64,000 bases of DNA from Dimorphilus gyrociliatus (lineage: Eukaryota; Animalia; Annelida), in NCBI GenBank assembly GCA_904063045.1, contig CAJFCJ010000014.1, positions 496,001 through 560,000 on the forward strand, given 5' to 3'. Of the stretch, positions 1 to 11,949 are shown piece after piece; position 1 is the first letter of the stretch, and the number at the start of each line of letters is the position of its first letter. The notes under the pieces were generated by a model. That model saw only the letters and a program-made list of their open reading frames with translations. It searched no databases and was not told the DNA's origin. The translations under genes were made by a program, and so were the position numbers.

Positions 1-1886
1 ATACAGTACTACGACGAAGCTTTACATTTAACTAAACAGTTCTTAGGAGAACAACACCCGTTAAATGCTAGATTACATACAAATATGGCTATCATCTTTG
101 AAGATAATAATAATTTCGTCAGAGCATATAAATTCTTCTTGGAATGGGCTAAAATATCTGAACAAGTTTATGGTCCTTCCCATCCAAAAGCTCAAAGAGC
201 TTTTAAAGTACTTCGTGAGAAGAGGTAATAATTAATTATTAACAAGATCTATTATATTTAATACTATTTATCTATTATTTTAAATCCAAATTAATCCTCT
301 ATTATTATCAAATAGGTATCAGCAAGTAGCAAAACTGCTTGAACAACAGCAGCAAGATAACCAACGCCAAATAACTGATGAATATATAAATAATAATGTT
401 AGACTTATCGATGATCTCGGTGAAGACACTGATGAAACTGATGAACTTCATAATGTAAGTTATAATTATTAATTGAATTCTTTTATCCTCTTTCTCATGC
501 TTCCCATCCCCCTCCCCTCCCCACACGCAAACACCGCCTACTCAAATAATTTTTTATGATCTATTTATTTACCCTTTTTACGCTTTATGCATGAGGGGCT
601 TAATAAAATAATAATAATAACGAGCTTTATATTTTCTAATACTGAAACATCACTATTATTCTCCTATAGAGACTGCAAACTCTTATGAATGTTTTATCGC
701 AGTTTCGTTACTGTCCATCTGATTCGCAAAATCCACCTGCTTCCTTAGAAAGTATGAGAAATCGATTAATGTCCATACACGAAGATATTGAAAATCTCCA
801 GGTAATTATTTAGATTTTCTTCTTTTCCTTCTGTTCATCTCTTATTTTTCTTTTTTTAAGGCGAATCTTCCTAGTGAAAATAGCACTAATATACCGGCTT
901 TAAGAATGATTGCTTCGCGCTTAAGTGAACTTCAAGAGGCTCATCGCCTTAATATTGAAACGGAAAGGAGGTTGGAATATTTAAGAGAACAACAGGAGCA
1001 GTTACAAAATGAAAGAACTCGACTGCAACAACATAGAGAAGTCCTATTCCAGCAAAGGATCACTTTACGCCAACTACATTATAATTTAGAAGAACTTCAA
1101 ACTGAAGCCGATGACACTTATAACACTTTGCAGAATTTAGAGGACAATTCACCTACGCAGAATACTGAAACTAGTCAAGAACAGGTCGAACCTGTTGTGG
1201 AAGCAACTGAATCGGAAGAGGTTGTCGACGTAGCAACGACCGGCTCGACAATTACGGAAATAGAAAGAATAAAGAATAGAATAGACGGTTTAGTTGGTCG
1301 ACTACGAAATTTAAATGTTAACGTGAACGACGAAGAGGAAGTAGGCCAAGACTCTACTTTGTCTATCTCTCACACTGAGTCAATATCGCCAGCCTCTACG
1401 GTAGGGACAGATGCGATAGTGAATGAGGATAGAGGAGCAACTGCAGCATCTCAAACTAGAGCTAAAGACGTTTGCGAAAGGGCTAAAGAGTTAAGGGAGA
1501 AAATGAATACAATGGCGTCAATAAGAGAGAGAGATATCGAAGAGACGAGGGCAAGTATTGAAAATATCAGACAGAGAATAGACGAAGATGAAAATAGAAT
1601 AAAATTCTTATCGGAACGATTTCCGCTCTTGGAAGACGGAAGCGAAGTCCACCAAGAAGCAACTTTAAGAAGAACCAGAATAGAGAATAATATAGAGTTA
1701 TTGAAGACAAAACAAGAATTAATTACCAAGCTACAAAGCGAAAGAGAGACACTTTTAGCCGATAGTGAAGAAATTGAAAGATCTACGAGTCAGCTAGAAG
1801 GTTTAAATCAAATATTATTTGATCAGGAATTCCTAAGTGAAGCCTTAGATGGTATGAAAAATCCAGATGAGACTGACGATGGTTAA
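1..1886 (+). CDS. TPR-repeat protein with long acidic coiled-coil C-terminus (5' end outside window)
   Basis: Exons 1-224, 316-454, 670-801, 861-1886 join in frame through GT-AG introns. Exon 1 reads YYDEALHLTKQFLGEQHPLNARLHTNMAIIFED...WAKISEQVYGPSHPKAQRA, i.e. kinesin-light-chain/NPHP3-type TPRs with G-x-x-HP caps. The last exon is E/Q/R/L-rich coiled coil. Confidence 0.75.
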
Positions 1887-2043
1887 ATTCATAAAAAAAC
1901 AACAAAATTAAACACCTTTTTAAAGCTTAAAAATACACAAATATTGGCAATTTGTAATTTTACTTTTTTCATAATTTTCTCTTTTATTTAATTATTAAAG
2001 TCTCCCCAATTTTTATTCATTTATTGACCTCTTTCTTAATTAT

Positions 2044-5000
2044 CTAGATAAACGATTTACTAAGGGTTTTTGCAGCTTGATTAACAAATCCCCTTAAAAC
2101 GCTCAAATGCTTAAATACTACCTTCCATTTTTTCACTTTAAGGTTATACTGCATTTTGCGAGACGCTTCGTAAGTAACGTCGTATAAGCCTGGTAACGAC
2201 GAAACTTTGCTCGGTTGGTGAAACGCCTGGGAGAAAACTAGGTGATTCGATAAACGATTGTTTGGTAGGCCTTGATAGTCTAGGAAACATCTTTCAACGT
2301 TAGTAAGGCGGTCGTTTATTCTTCTTATAAGTATAGGGCTAAGTTTTGAGTAAAAAAAAAACAATTAAGCGTCACTTTTAAAAGTAAATATTTTGGCCTA
2401 CTTGTCTCGATTTAATTCCGAAAGACTATCCTCGAAATCTATAGCATTTTCTAAGAACTCCACGAGACTCTCGTTCAGACGGTCTGATTAAAGGTTTTCC
2501 TTAGGTTTTATAAATAGTTTGAAATGAAATTGTTGAATAAGTACTTATCGCCGGTTCAACATCCGGGCTATAGGCCTCGTGCGAGAATCCAATGTGACGT
2601 TTATACTTGATAAGGTCATCTATTAATTCTTGAGCGTAGACGGATGGTTTAAAAGGTAAAATATAATTGTCGGCTAATCTTCTAACAAATTCCAAAGTAA
2701 ATTTAGCTACTGCGGCGTGCACCTTGCAAAGAAAATAAATGTCAGGTAAATAAATGAACAGTACAAATTGTGTAGGCCTATACAGAAGAAAAAAAACCAC
2801 TTAAAATCACTTATACTGTAGCTTTTTTAGTTTTACCTGAAAGTGTGGATCAACGAATCTTTCAACCATATCTACTGTATCGTATCTTGTATGATAGAGT
2901 GGATATTTGTCAAACGGGTAGCTCTATATTGGAAAGATACGATAATAATGCATATGTTACTTTTCTAACTTAATATACAAAATTTAATGTAAGCCTACCT
3001 CGGGTCCGAAATCGTATGAAAAGTCAACTGAGGAGACGCCCAATCTAGACATAAAGACGGCGTTATCGCTAAAAGACGTCAGGGGTTCAATATTCGGTTG
3101 AGTTTTTGAATTTAATGGCGGGTAAAAAGATTTCCAAGTATCGAGAATTGTTATTGGATTTTCATCAGTACTGTTAGGATCTGGTATATGGCTTGCGACA
3201 TCTATCATAAGGTCCTTCAAAAGAGGCATTGCTCTTCCCCGGAAAGTCTGGTTACCTCTTACAGCTGAATCAACATTGACATAGGCCACTGCGCGGCTGG
3301 AGATCAGGTGCGAAAATTCCTGTTCATGCGAATTTTTTGTAAGAGGAGATGAAGAACGTTGGGAAGGAAAGAACATGAATCTGGGTAGGAATATACATCA
3401 AGCTTTATGATACCTCGGCCCATTCGTAGGAACCGATTAACGATTGTTCTTCGCCACTCCAACTACAGAGTAGAATAGATCGTCTAGGTCTCCAACCTTC
3501 TTCCAATAATTTTGAGAATACCCTCGATGTTTCCTTAATAACAGCAGTTCCGCTTGATGGATCGACTGCTCCATAAACCCAGGCATCTCGATGGTTGCCA
3601 ATGATTACGTAACGGTCTTCCTCCACCTGTCCTTTGATAATCGCTTGGACGTTGTTGATCTTACGAATCGTCTTCGTCACATTCACGGTCAGATTTACTT
3701 TTCTAAGTATAAATAAGTAATTTGTATAATGATGATTATGATTTAAGAGAAAGATGAAAGGGATGAAAATATACCTTGAATAGCTGCTGGCGTAATTCTG
3801 CCATTCGTAGAACCTACTTACATCCCGACCATCGGGAATGCCTAATTTATGGTCCCAAGAAGCTGGTAGAGGATTAGTTTTTGTTAAATGATGTTCTTCA
3901 AAACTGTTACCGTTCTTGATCCTAATGGAAAATAGAGTGGATCGTATTGATGAGAAGGAGTAAAGAAAAAAAAAAGAGCTGCTCTAGGCTACCTTAACAG
4001 TTGACGCGCGTCACTATACGATATAGGCAAGACGGGTATTGTTGGAAGATGAATATCTTCTTCCGATTCCCTATAAGTTCCTTCTATCGAAGGGTAACCA
4101 GGAGTTTCTGGATCACCTTTCGCCAAAAAGACAGACCCTCTTTGAACGCCGTGAGGCGGCATGAAAATTCCTTTAGGATATCTTTCTCCTTTCCATTTTT
4201 CCGGAGCGTAATTGGCAGGAGCCGTAAAAAGGACAATACCTGCTGCTTTCCAACGCTCGGCGTTTCTAACTTTCATACCCCTAAAACATTTTCCGTACCT
4301 GGCAACGACAATTCTATTCGTAAAGTTTACTTTGTACTCCTCTTCTAGAAGCTCGAAATCTTCCTCTCTTCCGTAATTCACATACACTAATTCACCGAAA
4401 ACCGTAGCAGCTGCAGAATAAGCGTTATAAGGTGTTACAATTTGTCCGGGATAGCTAAACTTTCCAATTTGAGGTTCATACGCTCTAGTCCTATAATATC
4501 CCCCATCCTAATAATCATAAAAGGTGAAAAGGTAATGAGAAAACTGGTAATAAAGTAAGACTTACCGCCCAAGATACAAAATTATTGTTAGCTATAGATC
4601 CTGATGGATACGATAAAAGAACTTTATAGCTTTTTATTTCTGCATCAAGACCCAAGCCTTTCCAGAACTCCAATAGTTTTTGGGCATTTTTTGAATCTGT
4701 CTTTGTTCCTGCTAGATGTGATTCAGATGTTTGTTGTCTAAGAGAATAGAATAATATAGTATAAAAGACAGAAGATAAAAGGCGGTAAGAAGATGGAGAA
4801 GGAGGAGGAGACTCTTGTATTTTTAGTAGGGTTTTAAGATAACAATCTGAAAATAAGGAAGAGAAACAAACCTTAAATATTCCCTAAGTTTTTCAGGATT
4901 GACGTAAGATAGTATCTTATCCCTGATCTCATTATCGGCGTCTTCGACCAATTTGGTTGGAACGTGCCTTAAAATAACGGCATCATGGGGGGCTCTAGAA

Positions 5001-5089
5001 AACCAGCCGATTAGGAAGCCGATTAGAACACCTAAGAGAAGGCAAATGACCGTTACAATCGCTATCGAAGCCCCTTTTGACAATGCCAT
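2044..5089 (-). CDS. Glutamate carboxypeptidase II / NAALADase-like type II membrane M28 zinc peptidase, multi-exon
   Basis: N-terminal signal anchor (IAIVTVICLLLGVLIGFLIGWF) and PA domain (YVNYGREEDF, ARYGKCFRGMKV). Zn/catalytic motifs are GNHRDAWVYGAVDPSSGTA, SWSGEEQSLIGSYEW, YVNVDSAV and YPLYHTRYD (~2880-2915), followed by a TfR-like dimerisation tail. FOLH1 vs NAALAD2 orthology is not resolvable. Confidence 0.93.
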
Positions 5090-5775
5090 TTATAAACACA
5101 CAGTATAGACCGAAAAGTTCGACTTTCTTTGCATTTGTGAAAAGTTTTGGATAAGGGGCGCGGTTTGAAAAGAACTTGTGTGAAACATATGTAGAACAAT
5201 TGTAACAATACCTTACACTATTTCTCTGCAAATAACGTTTTCTCTCAGTCTCTCTTTCTCTTTCTTCTTCATTTCTTGATTTCTTCCTCCTTTAATTCCT
5301 TTCTTATTCTATCTATCTCTTTCTCAATCTTATATTAATTCTAGTTAAATCCCATTTTTATGTATAGCCTTTTTTTCCCTTTTTTATTATGTATGTTGAG
5401 TAGATTTATCAATATCTTCAATTTACTCTATTATATCTTTGCTGAGGGCCATTAACCTGTAGTATGAATATAATATAAAGGTACGTAATTAAAAAGAAAA
5501 ACAGTCACATTTTTAGGCCTAAACTTTCAAAATTAGTTCAATTCACCGTCCAAAACGGGTTTTAGCGTTAAGTAGCGAACGCATGAGGTAACGCTATACC
5601 AATATTTACATTACGCGCCATTCAAACTAACAAAAGCGAACGTCGCTCGCAAAAAGAACATCTTACGCTCGAACGAACGTCGAAATGTTGAGCTTGTAGG
5701 CATGCCGAAAAAAGAACGGGGGTCGTCTCTTTCATAGCCGTTAAATGATTGAATGACAGAGGTAAAAATGTTCAT

Positions 5776-5975
5776 GAGAGAGAGAGAGAGAAAGAGAGAG
5801 AGAAAAAGAGAGAAGGCGGGAGTGAGGGAGAGAGGGAGAAAAGGGGGGAAAGGCAAAAAAAGCCGGCGGACATATATAAGTTTAAAAAAACCCTGCATTC
5901 TTTTCTGAAGGAAAAAACCCTTGCTATACATTCACTTGAATGGCTTCTCTCTTTTCTCTCTCTTTCTCTCTCTCT
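5776..5975. repeat. Imperfect (GA)n tract followed by imperfect (CT)n tract
   Basis: gagagagagagagaaagagagag at ~5776-5830 and ctctcttttctctctctttctctctctctg at ~5945-5975. Confidence 0.85.
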
Positions 5976-6964
5976 GTCGCTCCCTGTCTTTACTTCTTTT
6001 TGGTGTTTTTGGCTTTCTTATCATATCTTGATTAGGTAAAGGACGATATTTACTCTCCAATCATTAAAATATCGTTCGTCTTCCTTTTCTTGGTTCTTTT
6101 ACCACACAATTTTCCTACTTTCAGCCTTATTTAAATTAGTTTTTATCGAAGGGCGGCGTTGAAAGCGAACGCGCGCCTAAACGCCTAATTCTATACTGGA
6201 AAACAATAGGTATGCGGTGTCTTCAAAGAGGTCCTTAATTGCGGCGCCTTTTATGCGCTAATGCGTGCCGTAGGCCTGATTGATCTTTACGGATTACTTA
6301 AGCTCGTTGAAAACGTTAGAATAAATACGGTCGGTTATGCGGAAAGCCGTTTTTATTCTATTGCCAAAAAGTCTTTATCGGTCCGGAAAATTGTGCCAAA
6401 GTCGTAAAAACGTAATTAAATTGTCGTCGTACACTTGTTAAACATTTTCAATATTATAATTAATTGAATATTCAATACCTTTTTATAAACATTACAAGAT
6501 CCTTAAATGAATAAATTTATATAGTTTATGAATTATATGTGAAAAATTTGAATAATTTATGTATTTAGAGTATTCTTAACATATAACATTGCGGTGTTTT
6601 TTTTAATAAAAAAAAATTCTGTTGATAACGAAACAAGACATGTAAATACACATACAAAAGATACAAAAGGTGATAATAAAATATTATACTGTGTGAATAA
6701 TGAATGTTAAATATATATATATACAAAATGGCGACTTTATCTTAAAATACATACTTTTTATTATATTTTACTTGATTAAGTATAACAGCTTTGCAAAAAA
6801 AGATATAAAAAATGTAGACAATCCTTTATATTCAAGAACTAAATACGATACGACAAGCTTCTTCCTCGTTTGTTTAGATTACAGAATAAATATTTTGACC
6901 TATATTTATTTAGAACGTGCCTGGTAATCATTTATCATATGCTCTTCTTTTAGAAAACTAACTC

Positions 6965-7681
6965 TTACTGGCTTTGCATCAACTGCAATCGTCCATTATA
7001 TTGACCGATTGAATTAGGTGGAGGAAATGATTGAGAACACTGGGCCGGGTAAGCTGATTGGGCGGACGCTACTGCGGCGGCTAGATGAGAATATCCTGTG
7101 TATGGTGGTTGTGGAGGGCTTGGTGTCGGATAATGACCATTCGTGGAAGATGAATAGGAAGAGTATACTGACCAATCATTACAATGCGTTGGTTGCATAA
7201 AAGACATATAAGGTTTATAGGAAGGGTGCGATATCGGATAACCTTCTGCTTGTTGAGCATTCTGAGCGGCTTGCATTGCCTTCGGAAGTTTGAATCTTTT
7301 TGCTCGTCGGAGGAAGGAACCGTTGGAGAACATATCGCCACACTTTGGGTGTAAAGCCCAATAATTACCCTTACCGGGGTGTCCTGGCCGCCTGGGTACT
7401 TTGACAAAACAATCGTTTAAGCTGAGATTGTGTCTGATTGAATTTTGCCACCTTTGTTGATTTTCTTTAAAATAGGGAAATCTTTTCATGATATAGGAGT
7501 ATATCTGGTTCAATGTCATCATCCCATCCTTTGCAGATTCTATTGCCATTGTTATTAGAGCGATATAGGAGTAGGGAGGTTTCACATCGGCAAAGCGCCT
7601 CTTTTGTTGAGACAAAGTAGAAGTCCCTGAAAAGTTGGATACCTCTTCCGAAGGTAGAGATTCGCAGTCACCTTCCATCAT
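6965..7681 (-). CDS. foxAB: Forkhead box transcription factor, FoxAB class, single exon
   Basis: Forkhead domain [15 protein letters not shown]...[58 protein letters not shown]. It mixes FoxA-like ([12 protein letters not shown]) and FoxB-like (WALHPxCGDMFxNGSFLRR) features with GKGNYW, as recalled for FoxAB. Forkhead call is certain; subclass is likely. Confidence 0.8.
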   Translation of the reverse strand: MMEGDCESLPSEEVSNFSGTSTLSQQKRRFADVKPPYSYIALITMAIESAKDGMMTLNQIYSYIMKRFPYFKENQQRWQNSIRHNLSLNDCFVKVPRRPGHPGKGNYWALHPKCGDMFSNGSFLRRAKRFKLPKAMQAAQNAQQAEGYPISHPSYKPYMSFMQPTHCNDWSVYSSYSSSTNGHYPTPSPPQPPYTGYSHLAAAVASAQSAYPAQCSQSFPPPNSIGQYNGRLQLMQSQ

Positions 7682-7774
7682 TATCGAACTGACCTACGTA
7701 CAATCGTTCACTTCTAATTAAATAAACCCCCATTCAGCTTTTAGCCAGTCAACGATAAGCCGAAACTTTTCTCG

Positions 7775-7825
7775 ACGGTGATTGGTCTAGACGTAATCAA
7801 AAACTCGTCGTTCATTGGCTGATCA
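7775..7825 (-). promoter_or_regulatory. Candidate foxAB proximal promoter with two CCAAT boxes
   Basis: ATTGG (CCAAT on the gene strand) at ~7781 and ~7814, plus GACGTAAT, 100-140 bp upstream of the ATG. Confidence 0.35.
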
Positions 7826-9320
7826 AATTAAACAAAACTTTTCTTCCTGAGGCCAGCGAAAATTAACGGTGCTAAAGAAATCATAAATATTTTTGGGTAT
7901 TATCCTAGCTTTTTCGTAAGAAAATGTTGAGTAAATCAACAAAAATGGGTTGGAAACCTTAGAAACGGCAGAGAGGGAAAATGACGAATTCAATCGGATC
8001 AAACGACTGGAATGAACGGAACAATGGCATCGATTGTTCGATGCGATGACACGTCTACTCGTTGCCTTTTCTTTATTTGTTAGTTTGGGCGTTGAATAAT
8101 CACAATATTACATAATATTGAGTTTTCTATAACGGCTTCTTTTGTAAAAAAGGAAATGTTCTTTTCACGGTCATTCAGCCTTTGGGATGGGAGAGGAAAA
8201 TTGAAGAAAAGAAATCTAATCGGAAATTGTGTTAAGTGGGCTGAAGGAGAAGACATCGATTGAGAAAAATTTAATAGTTTAAAATGTCCTTTACCAAACC
8301 AATTTATCCATGAAAGAAAAATATTTATCCCTTTTGTTTTTTTTTATCAATTGAACGTTCAATACCTTCGCATGAATTTTACTCGTTCATTCAATTCTCC
8401 TCTTCTCTCTTCTTCATATTTTCACTTATTATATCACGTTAATCGTCTACTTTTTGACAAATCAGTTGATTAGTTTTTCTTAAAATTAAACGTCAAAGTA
8501 ATTTAGATCTAATCTGCTATATGAAGCGCAACCAAGTTAATTGTTGTAGTCGTTTCGGGGGGACTTTGACACTGTTTGTAATTAAGATAACAATGTTTTT
8601 TATCAAACAAAAGTGTACAACTACTATGTATCGTGTTATTTACATTCTGGAATATTAAAAAAACAACGATGTCACTAATTTGTCTTTTAAAAAGAAATAC
8701 TTAGTAGTCATATCTGATAACTTTTCATAACTTCTTAATAATCACTACGTCATAGTAAGTAAAATATGATTTATAATAAAACACGTCGATCGAAAAAACC
8801 ATAAATCCTTTATTGATTGTATAAAGTAAATTCAATGTAGACAACATGACGTCATTGGAGTCATAAGAGAAGGTAGTCTTAGTAATTAGGAATCTAGTGT
8901 ATTGCATAACTTTAACTAGATTCTTTACCACTTCAAGTGATAAAGAAATTCTAAGAAATGTAGATGTCGAGGAAGAAGAGAAAAATCTCAAGAGAGTTGA
9001 ATAATTTTATAAATAACGAAAAAGGTATAATTACTTGTATATACTGCTAATTGCCTCAATTAATTACCTGTTTCTAAAAGAGATTGTTTACTTTTCATTA
9101 GTTAAAGAACTTAACAAGCTTTTCTGTCATCACAAATCTTTTAAGTAGCGTGTAAAAAATGATACAAAGATAACAATCAGTTCTGTAACTATTCAACTCT
9201 CTTATTCAGAATAAAGACAATATTCATCTTTACAATCTATTCATCATTTTTGTATTCAATTTAAATATTTTTCTTATGTCTATTCTTTCATCGTTTTTCC
9301 TCTTTAGCTCATTTCTTCCC

Positions 9321-9368
9321 TCACTTACTCACTCATTCACTTACTCACTCACCCACTCACTCACTTAC
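9321..9368. repeat. Imperfect (TCAC)n tetranucleotide repeat
   Basis: tcacttactcactcattcacttactcactcacccactcactcacttac. Confidence 0.8.
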
Positions 9369-9671
9369 TAGCTCTCTAAGATTTTAAGAATATAACGCCT
9401 ACTCGCCAAATATCCTCAATACTTTAAACAATCAGATTCCAAAGATATATATCTAATTTTCATATATTAAAAGAAAAATGTTCAAATTGAATTGAGAAAG
9501 ATTGTAAATAATTGCCAGTTACGAAAGACTAGTCCTTATTTAATAGCATCTTACAATTATATAATAGTAAGCAGTCGTAGGCCTATAAAGATTCCTTTAA
9601 GAGAAAAGAAAACTAGAACGGAAAGAAGAGAAATGAATAATGAATAAATGAATAAATAAATGAATGGAAAG

Positions 9672-11949
9672 TTATGTGAAAAACTTCACGTGTAACGTTG
9701 ATATGTGGTGATGGTCACAGCGTGGAAATAATTGACGCCTTTTACGGGATAAACGAACAATACAAAAACAAATTATGTAATAGCGTAAAAACCTCCGAAA
9801 GGTTTCCGGTACGGATTGGATTCTGTCAAGCTTAAAAAAACCCTCCTGAAAGAGTTTGTTGTTCAGACAAAAGTGAATTTTTGATGTAATTGAGGAATTC
9901 TTTAAAAGAACATTTTTATAACAAAAATTATCTTTTACGGCTTCTTATAAAGATTTTCGCGCGTGATTTATTGTAAATATATACAACACAACATAAAAGC
10001 GTAATGATTTCTTCTGTTAAGGTTTGTCTATTAAATCATCAGTTTTTCAATTTTACAACTTGGCCCAGTTTCTCTAGCTAGGTAAAGAAGCCGGATGTAG
10101 AGATTGCTTGTTTTTAGAGGTCAACTACGCATGTCAACGGAAAAGGAGCGAGTAATATTTTTCTATTTTATATAGCCCCTCAACCTTTTGTATACACATA
10201 TCCTTTCTCTGTCTCCGCCCTCCTACCGTTCTTTGTTTTCTTTTTTTCCACTGTAAACAAATTGTAACCAACTTTAGCAATGGTAATCGATACAGTATTT
10301 ATCTGCTCCATCAGCCGACTCAAAGGCAATTACGATTTGTAAAGGAAAGACGACCGAATTAAGCTGTCCAGAGGACAGGATCATAAAAGTTGATTACACA
10401 TTCTACGGTCATAACAAATAAGATATACGTTCTGAAAACAATGTCGACCATCTATTATAATATTTAATAAATTATGAATATTCATTAATAAGATACGAAT
10501 TATTATTATCATTAACACTTTATTAATGTTACGTAGTAGTATTTATGTATGTATTCACACACTACATACTTGCCAAGCTTTTGACAGAGAAAAAAGTTAT
10601 GAAATAGGTCGAAGGGTCGCGTAAGAATCAAAACGTGTGTTCTTTAACAGCGAAGGGATTAGGGGGGAGGGGGGCGGTAGCGGAGAAAATTTGTACATCC
10701 TCCAATAGAAATATATTTAAATATGAACTATATATTTATGTTATTCTTGGCAAAAAGCACTTTTTGTCTTTCTTTAAATACTATTTTAGTTGATTGTCAA
10801 TGAAACAATTGTTAAAGTAAAAGCTGTGAAGCTACGAATGCGCGTAGAAGAGCTTAAAGACAATGTCAAATTGAATATACTTTGCCCTGAAGATAAGTTG
10901 ATAGTTTTTTTTAAAGATGCCGTCTTCTTCAGGGCGTTCCTTTGATCAAATTTTCCAAGCCGATTAAGGATTATCGAATAGTAGCCATTTCCCAATCTGG
11001 AATTTAACGGCAATTTCTCAATTTTAACTAGTACAAATAATACAATAATAGAATAGAATTTTTGGAAAATTTTCAATTATAAAGAAAGACTTAAGAAACG
11101 AATTGCACGGACAACGAACAGCCGAAGTTTTTCCACTGTTACCTAAACTACAAGGGAGGGCTTTGTTATATTCTGGTGAAATGAAGCGTTTAAGTTGTCC
11201 GTCTAGTGCATTTGTCCGCCTTCAAAAGATACATTATGGTAAAGCAGGTAATGATTTGCAAGTTTGTATCAAGAATAGAAAATATCTTTTAAATTGTCGT
11301 AGAAACTGATTGTTGACTTATCAAAGTATACTTAATAGGCTAAAATATAAAAGTTTTTTCTTTTTTCTCCTTTCTTACTATAAAATAGAAAGGGGTATTC
11401 CTAAAAGGAAGAGAAGAAAAACACAAAAGAAAATCGTTATTAAATATAAAACGTTAATGGGGAAATAATTTGTTTAATTAGTAATTAAGAACAATATATA
11501 ATCTATTCAATGAATAACTGTTCATAGACGACTTATCTTAGAATCAATTATAGTTTGTGAAGTTTCTAATCAACAGAAATGAATAAAGAAATTAATTAAA
11601 CCATCTTTTTTTTCTTTCGTTGACAGATTCGTTAATGTCATTCAAATTTTCTATTAATCGAAATCTGCAACTAGATTGTCCGAATGGTTGCGTAATATCA
11701 ATTGTCAAATGGCCTCTTTTCGGGCGTAACGCCGATAACGAATGTCTTTTTTTTTACCCTTAATGACATTTCTAAACGATATTATCATTATATGTAAATA
11801 GATAGTGAGATCATTCATAGTATTTTTATTTTAAACTCTGTTATAAAGGTAGATGTTGACCTATTTGGTGCACCTTTACAATCGGAAACTACAAAGTACT
11901 TCTGTCCGCATTTTCCTTTTTACGGACATAGATTACAAATGCAAAATAC
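9672..11949 (+). pseudogene. Degenerate multi-domain SUEL (galactose/rhamnose-binding) lectin gene
   Basis: Co-oriented fragments translate to SUEL motifs. 9672-9832: LCE/KTSRVTLICGDGHSVEIIDAFYG...LC...FC (frameshift in an A-run). 10084-10151: CRDCLFLEVNYAC. 10296-10421: ITICKGKTTELSCPEDRIIKVDYTFYG*. ~11160-11309: SGEMKRLSCPSSAFVRLQKIHYGK...C...C. 11627-11745: LQLDCPNGCVISIVKWPLFGRNADNEC. 11849-11949: VDVDLFGAP..TTKY/IDYKC, followed by a gtaag donor. Stops and frameshifts occur throughout. Confidence 0.65.

Noticed and set aside
5611-6039. Overlapping ORFs on both strands
   Set aside because: They are driven by GA/CT microsatellites (REREK / SLSL translations).
9000-9560. Possible additional SUEL pieces (NNQFCNYST; DCK*LPVT) upstream of the lectin relic, and YGDFLICQG with a donor at ~12895
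   Set aside because: Too degenerate to separate from chance by eye, so excluded from the pseudogene span pending an HMM search.
11806-11815. tgagatcatt, matching the 5' end of bantam miRNA
   Set aside because: Only 10 nt match, there is no hairpin, and it lies within the SUEL relic.
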